A stretch of 64,000 nt of DNA from Kudoa neothunni. Taxonomy: Eukaryota > Animalia > Cnidaria. The position numbers and the translations under genes were made by a program. Of this stretch, positions 53,818 through 64,000 are shown one piece after another. The stretch lies in the NCBI GenBank assembly GCA_964304625.1, contig OZ199839.1, forward strand, positions 7,773,166 to 7,837,165. The letters are read 5' to 3'. Each line of letters begins with the position of its first letter. Position 1 is the first letter of the stretch. The notes under the pieces were generated by a model. The model was not told where the DNA came from. It ran no database searches and saw only the letters and a list, made by a program, of their open reading frames with translations.

Positions 53818-56247
53818 ATTGTGGAGCGTATGGCACCCCCCATTTTTAGTGTTTTTTAAGACTTTTTTCGTCGAAAGCGACTCTAAAAATCTTATATGCT
53901 CTTCTCAGCTGGAACGTGTCAAACTTTTGTAAAAAATTATAAAAATAAATTTTTCTCAGAATCGCGTATATGATGGTGAAGTCAACAACATAATCCTCAT
54001 GTTAAACATTAATTTCTATATTTCACGATGAAGGAATATGAATGTGATTACAATTCGTACACTTAAATATTTATTTTATTTTTTCTTGGTATTATAATGA
54101 AAATAAATAACATTATGCCATTATTAATGGCTGTTGTTAAGAAATATAGAATATTAAAAGTTTCTCCATCTTCATAGCATTTTTTCATTTTTATTTTATC
54201 CTAATTAAAGCTATATAAGTATTTTTAGTAGTATGAATTGTTATTGTAAATACGCTACACTACTAGAGGTAATTATTAACTGGAAAATGTATAAACAACT
54301 AATTTAATGGTTATTAAGAATGTTTAAAATGAAAAAAATCTTCAGAAATGAATTTTCTCTGATGAATGATAATTAGTGAAAAATAGACATAATTACATGA
54401 TATGTTAGCGTGATTCTATTATTGTTTGATCAGTTGTTAACATCGATTTATTCTTCATTCTCCAAATATAGTATATTTAAATTTAGATTAATATTTTATT
54501 TGTATACCATCTTATAGTTAATATTTTTTAAAATTAAATTTCATATTTTGAATATTAAAGTATAATAATTCAAGGCAGGCTCTATTTCTTGATATTTATT
54601 ATGCGGATCAAAACTTTTCAATCATTAAAGCTGAAAAATGATCACAACAACATAAGATTCATCTTCTCCTAAGATTACCATTTTCATTATTCCGATTGCG
54701 AATGCACACGACACTCTTATTAGATAATGGTTTTTGTGTCAGCATTAAAACAAGCAGTTGGTTTTGTTTTTATAGGAAATGTCTATATTGTCCCAATGGC
54801 TGAAAATTGTAGCTCACAGACGAATTTATACACTCAAGAATGGTTATAAATAACTTCACAATTATCCCTAGTTCAACAACAATCTAACACCGTATACTAT
54901 TTTTCGTTTAAAAATATTATTTTTAAAACGATATCAACTTGAATATAATGAATTAAAATTATATAAACAAATACTAAACATTAAAAGGTAAATATAAATA
55001 TTTGTGGTATTACTAAACTTCCAAGGATCCATTGTTATGTAACATCCTCATTCCTTGTTTCCTATCACTTTTTAATATAAATTTTTCAATAAAAAAATTT
55101 TTTTCCATTGCATCACCGCAAATAGAGAGGAGAGAAACCACCATCATGCCTCGGTGGAAAAATTAATCATATTTTGTATTCACATAGAAAATATATTGGT
55201 TTCTATTTTAAGAATGAATTTTAAAATATGATTTTATAAAAAAACCTTCAAATAACAAATTAAGGATATTTAGTTTGAGTTTTGTTTGTTACAAAGAAGT
55301 ATTAATATTCGAAAGCATTAGATATAATTAAATTAATGCTATATTCACCAAAATATTTGTTTAAAACATAAAAATAAAATATGTATTTAATTTCGAAGTT
55401 GTACCTAAATTTGAGACAAAGAAACGTTATAATATTATTGTAGGTTTTAATTAAATCCTTAACTCAATATTTATCATTCTTTGTTAAATTAAAAATCAAG
55501 AATATGAAGAAAAATAAAATTTGATAATAAAAAAGTAAAATATATTACATTTAACGGAGAATAAAAAATCGATGTTGAAAATTGATCAAAAAAATCAATA
55601 TGAACTTAAATAAATAATATAATCAATTTTCCATTAATAATAATTCGTCAAAACAAATTTCATTTCTAAAGATTATTATCAATTATTAAATTTTTTAGAA
55701 ACTGTTATTTTAGTTAATTACAAATTTTCCAATTAATAATCACACTTTAAGCACAATTTAGGGGACAATTTATCAAAAAAACGCTCAATATTTGCCTCTA
55801 ATAGTGTAGCGATTTGACAATAAAAATCCATAATACTAAAAATACTTATGTAGCTTTAATTAGGATAAAATAAAAATGAAAAAATGCTATGAAGATGAAG
55901 AAAGTTTCAATATTCGATATTTCTTAACAACAGTCATTAATAATGACATAATGTTAATCTTTTTAGAGACAATATCATGAAAAAATAAAATAAACATTTA
56001 AATGCACGAATTGTAATCACATTCATATTCCTTCATAGTGAAATATAGAAACCAATGTTTAACATGAGGATTATGTTGTTGACTTCACCATCATATACGC
56101 GATTCTGAGAAAAATTTATTTTTATAATTTTTTACAAAAGTTTGACACGTTCCAGCTGAGAAGAGCATATAAGATTTTTTTAGAGTCGCTTTCGACGAAA
56201 AAAGTCTTAAAAAACACTAAAAATGGGGGTGCCATACGCTCCACAAT
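53818..56247. repeat. Long inverted repeat (arms of at least 640 bp) around a ~1.1-kb spacer
   Basis: ATTGTGGAGCGTATGGCACCCCC... from 53818 is the reverse complement of ...GGGGGTGCCATACGCTCCACAAT ending at 56247. Homology can be traced inward to about 54455 and 55565. Confidence 0.93.
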
Positions 56248-56576
56248 AGCCAGAAATGGTCCCTTTTCATTAGAAAATGGTGAAAAATTTTCTTAACGGA
56301 AGGAACATACGTTTTTCTGAAGACAACGGACAAAGCTTCATATTTGAATGGATTGGGAGGCTTATACTAAAGTTCAGCCCATGTCTTGCTGTTCCCGTAA
56401 TATACTATCGATAGTTCAAAATCTCATATACAAAAATTTGTGTCAATCAGAATTAGATATAAAGATATTTTAATAAAAGTGCGTAGTAAGTATGCCTGAC
56501 CGTAAATAAAAAAATTTGTTAAAATGTGCTCTAATGAGTAAATTCAAATAAAAAATAAAATGGTATATTGTAATTA

Positions 56577-58105
56577 CAGTTTTTCAAGGCCTAAATGCAA
56601 CCCCATGCAATTATAATCAAAAAAGGAAATAAGTTATTTTAAGCAATGATATGAAAACAAATGGCAGTTTCACTAACCTAAGTTCATAAACTTTTTTTGT
56701 ATAATTTCAAATTATTTCTAGGATTACTACTCAAAAGAATACATTGCCGAAAAAATTGGTCTACATAAATCAATCATTGGCTGCATTTTAAAGAAATGAT
56801 CGATGGATACGGAATTAAGTGTACCAAAAAAGAGAGGGGGGTGACAGACGGTAAAAGTTGGCTGAAACCCATAAATCGTCGTACATTCTCGAACTAATGG
56901 ACGAGGATTGTATTATTTCATTGAATTCTATTATTGAAAAAGTTCCAGAATGTTTTGGTATTATTGTTTCTGGGAAAACATTTGCGAATTGTTTAAAAGA
57001 TTTTCATTATATTTAAAAAAATTAACATTACACCGTTAAGAAGAAATTTTCCGTATTTTATAGAAACGAGAAAAAGGTTTATTGTCATTTTGAAAATTTC
57101 TTCTAAAAATGAATAGATACGTGTAACAATACCTTGAATTTAAGCTTCGTTATTCTACTGTCATCCATATAGGTAAATCGGGGTTCTCTCTGCCAATAAG
57201 AAGAACATTTGGACATTCCACATAGACAATGGAACTGTTAACCAACACGTTTTTTCTATTTCCATAGATAAACTATTTGGCGATTTAACCCGCAATGGTG
57301 TTGATAACGCCTTACTAGTTATGGATAATGTGAGATTCCATAGAACAGATTTAGTAAAGGACCAAATTGAATCCACAAACCTTAGGTAATTATTTCTTCC
57401 ACTATACTCTCCGTTTCTCAATCCTATTGAGGAATTTTTCATCAAGTTAAGTCTATTGTAAGAAACAAGGGACCATCTCATCTAATCAGGGGGAATTGAT
57501 GGACGAAATTATAGCCAGCTCGGATGGAGTTTGTAGTGACTAGCTACAAAATTATGCGAATCATGCGGAATCTTATTTCGCAGCATGTATTAATTCCGAA
57601 GAAATTAACAATTAGACCAATTTTACGTTGTGTCAAAAACATGAATTTTCAACTGGTGCCGTTTAATATTAGATTTTTATGTATTAATGTGAATAATATT
57701 ACAGATTTAAAAGTGGTCATTAAAAAAACTGTAGAATCATGCCTTTAAAAAAATACATTTTTGAGAAGCGTAAGTATTAAAAATCTGACATTGTGATTAA
57801 ATCGATGACATAAATGAATAAAAGAATTAATTCCTATAAGTATTATAAATACTTATAGACAGTCTTTACATGTTCAAAAAATTATTTGATGCAATTTTTA
57901 ATCGTATAAAATTCAAAAAATGATTAACTCTCGCATAATTAGACATTTATAATTGTCAAAAAACATCTCAGTGCAATACAAATTAAATTTTAAAATAAAT
58001 AAGTTGTTTACTTAAAATGTTGCATTGTGATTCAACGTAACGGTTATCCGGGCGCGCTGGTTTCATTTTGATCTGACGCAGTTGCATTTAGGTCTTGAAA
58101 AACTG
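56577..58105 (+). mobile_element. Tc1/IS630-like DD34E transposon, both ends present, transposase decayed
   Basis: 25-bp TIRs TA|CAGTTTTTCAAGGCCTAAATGCAAC and GTTGCATTTAGGTCTTGAAAAACTG. LVMDNVRFH...LFLPLYSPFLNPIEEFF (~57315-57440) has 34 positions between D and E, including one internal stop. Confidence 0.88.
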
Positions 58106-60381
58106 GACCAAATAATGATCTTTATTCGAAAAATAAAGCACACTTTAAATATATAACGAGAGATGGAACAAAGCGAAAATATAATAAAGAAATGTCTAAT
58201 TAAAAAAACTCTCAATCACATCAGTTAATTGATTTATCTACCCCCTATTCATTCAGATCAATTGAGAACCGCATACGTATTTTCATCCCACATATTCCCT
58301 GATTTAAAGGTTAATTTTACGCAGCGAAATTCATGAAATGAACTAGCAAGGTGGATTATAACAAGGGCATGCAATTTTCGACGTTTATTTTTGAAAGAAT
58401 CGACGTCTATAAATAAAGAAGATTATACACAGATATATACAAACATCTCTATGCCGCCAAATTTCAAAAATTAATATTACACAGAATATAATAAATATAA
58501 TTATAGTGGTAGCCTAGAGAGTTTTTTTTCGAAGGAGATATTCTCTCTCCTGAAAAAACATGTCTAATCTTCGGAGAAATTTTTCTGCGATCGAATACAC
58601 CCTTAGGTTTAAAAATTCATAAAAATAGTCGGAAAAGTTAGCGTTGAAAAAATCTTTTTTTTTAAGCAACACAGCGCAGGTGACTGCTTATCAACAGAAG
58701 TTTTAGCATAAGAAAGTGAAAGTGTTGTAGTACAATATTTGTAGGTTTTCCTTTAGTTCCAGTGTGATTATCTATCATTTAAATGGTAATCCATCACACA
58801 TTACAGCTGGAATAAGATCAATTTTTACGATCTCTAAATAACAAAGGGGGCAGGAAAGACATGCTTTAACGATCCAATCATCGTACAATGCATTAATAAC
58901 ACGATATAGTTCTTCACATGGTTATATTTTTGGCGTAACTTTAACTTGTATTATTTGTGAATACATTCATTTTAAATAATCTCCAAATTAACTCAATCCT
59001 CAACAGAATTCTTCTAATCACATCTTTTCCCGCCATTCATATGAAGACGCCTTTTCCGAAACAATCTGAAAAAATAAACATACAACCATCCTAATAGAAC
59101 CGGCAGGTTAAAACGATCAAAATAGATTTTAATCGACGATTGCATATCCTATTTACGGATTCTAATGTTTTTCTATGGCATTCGCTAACACATAAATACT
59201 GTTAAAGTACGGCATTAAAAATTTAACCAAAGGTAATTTTAAGACAAAATTCACCTATACTTTTATTAACACAAGAATATTTTAATTATACGTAGTCTTA
59301 AAGTTCACTAAAAAATTAATTCGTGTGGATAGCTCCCAATCTTATCTGCGCATCCTACGCACGCTCTTTGATGTATGCCGAATTGTAGCCAACTCGCATT
59401 AAACCTGAAAACTCCACACGCAGTTTTAACAATTAATTTCTTAAGTTTCACAAAATAATCTCCCCCAAAATAATGCCAAATTCGAAATAGCACATTATGA
59501 ATAGTGTAGTTGAAACATCTCCATTTTCTCAGATTAGCATAAACGAAGCTATGCGGTTATTTTCAATAAAAGCCACTTCATTTAAACAATTAAGTTATAT
59601 AATCTATTATAATATCAAACACTTCTCAATAGATAGACGTTATCGACGTTTAACACATAATACGCAACACATAACGGTAGTGTAAGGTGATTATTTGGGG
59701 CGAATACTGAAAATGGAGACCGGTGGGGAAAAACAAGTAATCGAAGTTATTCGGTGTAGAACGGTCCCAGTACATAAATTATATTGGATCGATTAAAAAG
59801 AGCGCGCCTCCATTGAGGTTAGTCGAAATAGAGATTAGTATTACAGGCCCAACGCGGTATCGTGTGATTTTTATCAACCCAGTTCAACATAATTTCACAA
59901 CTGGGGTAATTAAAACCTCAAAGATATTGTTCTTGACTATTGAAAAGTGTTGGTGATATATGCAATGAAATTTTCTCTCAATATTGTCTGTTTAATGAAT
60001 AGATCAGCGCGTAACAATAATAACAATTTTATAATACAAACAGAATCATTTCACTACATTGAATAGAATATTTTCGGCAGCGAAACAATAAAAAAGGGCT
60101 AACGAGATTTGTTAGAGCGCGTGAGTATTCCCATGTTAATCTTGTAATTGGCAAAATGCTAGATCCAATGGAACTGATATTTGAAGGATTAGAACCGTTC
60201 GGATCAACTATCCATTCCAACTTTGATGTTTCATCGATAATAAGATGATTACCGAGCGCCGCATTCGTGCTTATATATTTGGCCGCGATCAAGCCAGTCG
60301 AATTTGTAACGATACTGCTCCGAAATTTGATAGCAGGATTAATTTTAACAATAGGCAGATTTTGTCTTGACAATCCACAGG

Positions 60382-62006
60382 ATGGAAGTTGTAGATAGTT
60401 TCTCCTCTTCAAGTAGACACTGTGAGTTGTCCGAGCAAAGTAACGATACTACGACCCAAAGAAAGTGGGATAACGGAAGCTGTCACGGTTATTCTATTGG
60501 AGTCAGTGACCTATACACACCTGGAGAGAAAATCTTAGAAGATAGCCCTCCAATGAATGAATTCTATAGCCCAAGCATTGGCTCCGCAATGAATACACCA
60601 CAACCGAAAGTTATGGAAAGTTGCCCTAATTTTCAGAATCGTCACCGAAAGAATCCACACATTTTCAACAGTGCGAAACCCAATGGCACACTATCTCAAG
60701 ATACGAGCTCAAAAGTTAAGCCGACTAGACGTGCTGCAGGTGGAGTTTTACAAGATATCTCTAACCGAGCGAATCTTCAGAATATCAAACAGTTGTATTC
60801 GTTGGAAAAATACACTCACACTGAACAATCTTCTAAGGGTGAGTCAATGGGATTTTGTTGATTTTCCAATAAAATTCTGATTCGATAGGTGAACTAGGTG
60901 AACCAGTGGAAAACAGAACAGATAACTTATCGACACCATTTCCAATCGATCCAACCACCAATCTCTCTCCAGATTCCTCACGAGTAGCTATCAATGGAGA
61001 AGTGGTGTCGTTTTATCCATGTCGATTAATGCCAGCGGTTCACTTTGTAAATTCAGCCGAATTTCTAAATATCGATCAAACCATATTTGATATGATTGAT
61101 TCGAGATCACATCATCCTTTTCATTATTTCAATGCGAATGTTAATTCTGCTCGGATAAAATTAATTGAGTGGATTTTCGACTTTGTTTACAGCTACAAAT
61201 TGAATGTTGAGTGCGCGTTTCTCTCCATTCAAATTGTTGATATTGTGCTCACCAACAATATCACCGAGGTACCCTGCACCGAATATCAATTGTATGCGGT
61301 GGCCGCCCTATTTCTCTCATCCAAACTGTATGATATCACTCCTATCTCAATGAAGGATTGCATTTATACCACATGCGATCAATATTCCTATCGCGACATA
61401 ACTGATGCTGAAATGGCCATTTTTGGATATCCGAAATTGAATTTTTTTACCATTAGTCTGATCAATTTCGTAGAAGTTTTGTATACCAAATTTGTACCTT
61501 ATTTTAACGATCAAGACTATTCGATTCATTTCCTTGTATGTTGATATATATATTATTGAGTTTTGTTGTTTTTACTAGATGACCTATTGATATGGGGTTT
61601 AGACACTTTGTGAAATTCTACTCATGTCACCAAATTTCCTGAAAAAATTCACTTTGTTAGATACTTGCCTAGCTCTTGTTTGTGTTGTTGCTTGCCAAAA
61701 TACCCACATTGATTACTGTGTAAGATGTGAATTCATTGTGTTATTAATGATGGATTCGTGTGGGTTTAGCTTTTTCGTGAAGAAATTACCAAGTTCTCCG
61801 ATCTAAAGAACATTCTTATCTGTTCACGAGCTGTACTAATTACAATCAACTCGTTCGATTTCAAACTATGCCCCTCAACCAATACTCGATACAACGATTT
61901 TTTGTATTCCCCATTGTTCATTTTGTGCTGTTCTATATGAGATTATTCTAGAGAAAATCTACAATATAGTCAATTTCTGAGTTTCGCCAATCATTTAACT
62001 CGGTGA
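60382..62006 (+). CDS. Divergent mitotic (A/B-type) cyclin, 5 coding exons
   Basis: D-box-like RRAAGGVLQDISN. Cyclin box ARIKLIEWIFDFVYSYKL...AFLSIQIVD...YQLYAVAALFLSSKLYD...DCIYTTCDQYSYRDITDAEMAIF. GT-AG introns of ~45-50 nt. TGA at 62004-62006. The start codon is the best guess. Confidence 0.88.
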
Positions 62007-62442
62007 TGTTTTTGTAACTAGTTTTTTTTCTTATGTTGAATATGATTTCCAACTGTTTTTTCTCGAATGCTTGTTATATTTGTTATTAGCTCGAAATTAT
62101 GGCTCTGTTTAATTTCCTGTTGTGTATCTTGTAAAGTGTATAGCTGGTTTAATAGATTGATTGATTAATAGCATTAAAAAATTACGAAATGGAGTTGTAC
62201 ACTGAATCGTTTCAATTTTTACATACGCATCATGTTCATTAATTCTACCTTGGTTTTCTGTACTACTCTATATCTTTTGGATTGATGTAAAAGCGCATAT
62301 GTTCTTTAGTTATATTATTTCAATAAGTTAGAAAGAAAACACGACGTTATTTGTAATTCTATTAAATAGTTAGTGTGAGCTGCCTAGCTTAGTTCAGTTG
62401 GGATTTGAGATATTTGATTGTATAACTTGTAGAAGTTATTAA

Positions 62443-64000
62443 CCTTCCAACTATACCAACAACGACCGACTGACTGACTACTATACATCAAGCCGGGCGC
62501 ATCTTTGGGGTCCAGGAGGAGCCCAGATTTTTATCTCCTATTTTGATACACAATATTATGAGATACAATTATATTCTTTTAAAAAGTTTTCTACTCGAAC
62601 GATAACAACATAATCATAATTTACTTGCGTTCCGATCCCAGTCGATATCTCTCGAACACTTATTTATTAATTTATTTATTTTACGTGTTCAAATATTAAT
62701 GAAATTACATTTTAATATACCATGTGACGTTTTCACAATATTATCTAGATACGATAAGAATGGTAGAATTTATCAAAATTCTTATAATATCTGAGAATAC
62801 CTATGTTCACTTGTGACAACATGATTCTGATTTTACCGATTCTTGTAATTTTTAAATAAAATTTTTTAAAATGATATAAAGTACAATATTACCGAACTGA
62901 TATTCATAAAAAAATTAGGCACATTTACCGTCGCGAACTCACATAGTGGACAATCATTCAATCATTCATAATAAAATATGGATTAATATATTCCTTAACT
63001 TAGCTGAAAAGCCTCAAAATTAATAATAATTAAAAATACAATATACAACTAAGTAACTAACTTTTACTGGTTATTTTTTGTTTCCGTCTGTAACAAATAA
63101 TTCTCGAATGTTTGTTGCAACGATGTTCGGAGAAATTATAACATTTATTCTTTATTTTTATATCAGAGAATCGAGCCCATTAAATACACCCTTTTTCATA
63201 GTGGACGGGATAGTACCTACCGTATCCACACATCCTTAGTTTTGTTATAATCGACAATAGTTTGGAGATTTTTCTCTGATCATCGCACAAATTAACATTG
63301 TTTGAGAACGTTGCCAATGAAGTGACCGCGTTGGCCTTTTTAGGTAAGTTTAACTAAACAACTCCCTCTACTCCTTGGTTTTAAGAATTAATGAGATATC
63401 CCGATTATTATGCCATGCCAGATAGTCTCCAGAAGGGTTAAACCTAGGTTAAGAAGTTGGTTTGTCAACGGAATCGAAGTGGAAAAATTATCGCAAAAAA
63501 TGTTTCTACTAGTCTTTTCAAGTGCGAAAAGAGTTTTAAAACAATCCTTTCACCAACCCGTTTAGTAATCTAGTCATTGCTTCTTCCAACATCAATGAAA
63601 ATATTACGTGTATTATTACTGGTAGGAGGGTTAGTTAGAAGAAAAAACTTAAGGACATTAACCGAAAGTTTTGAGGGAGTATACTGCGTAAAGGGACACC
63701 TGCCTCTCAATGAAACTAACTGTTCATCAACAGTAAGATGATTAGAGGGAATTAGACACACCGGCAAAATACTTTTCCACTTATTGAAAACTTCGATTAC
63801 CGGGAAAAACTTATCGACTCCTCGTCGTCAACTCTTGTCTCGCAATCATCAAAGTGTACCTTTCTGTTTATTTGGATGAATCTATAAAGCAGCGTGATTC
63901 TACGAAGTATATGATGTCCTTTATTCAAGCACTACAATTTCTTAATAGACTCCATTTAGATCTATAGATTTACATATATTTAATAATTCCTATGTATAGT
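62443..64000 (-). mobile_element. Decayed piggyBac element (transposase remnants and 3' end); continues past the window end
   Basis: HLTVDEQLVSLRGRCPFTQYTPSK (63570-63767) and RFIQINRKVHFDD (~63850-63890). Terminus TTAA|CCTTCCAACTAT at 62439-62454. Confidence 0.8.

Overview
AT-rich eukaryotic (metazoan) genomic window with very short spliceosomal introns (mostly about 40-70 nt) and a heavy load of decayed transposons. The compact introns, fast-evolving proteins and metazoan intron positions fit a reduced parasite genome such as a myxozoan cnidarian; this is inference, not shown directly. Host genes: histidyl-tRNA synthetase (-), Rad6/UBE2A E2 enzyme (+), a strongly derived GAF-phosphodiesterase (-), a secreted five-domain Kunitz protein (-), a PDE5/PDE11-like GAF-GAF-PDE gene with several 1-nt indels (-), a small two-TM gene of unknown function (-) and an A/B-type cyclin (+). 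Intergenic DNA holds remnants of R2-like, Penelope-like, Gypsy, hAT, piggyBac, mariner, pogo and Tc1 elements. Most notable observations: (i) the penta-Kunitz protein has lost disulfides pairwise, with one domain keeping a single bond, and ends in an acidic tail; (ii) a 1.16-kb transposon with a perfect 8-bp TSD sits inside one of its 40-nt introns; (iii) the derived PDE keeps its metal ligands but has lost the invariant Gln and the GAF NKFDE motif; (iv) HisRS has an AUG-less, in-frame, presequence-like upstream exon; (v) a 2.4-kb inverted duplication shows an identity gradient along its arms.
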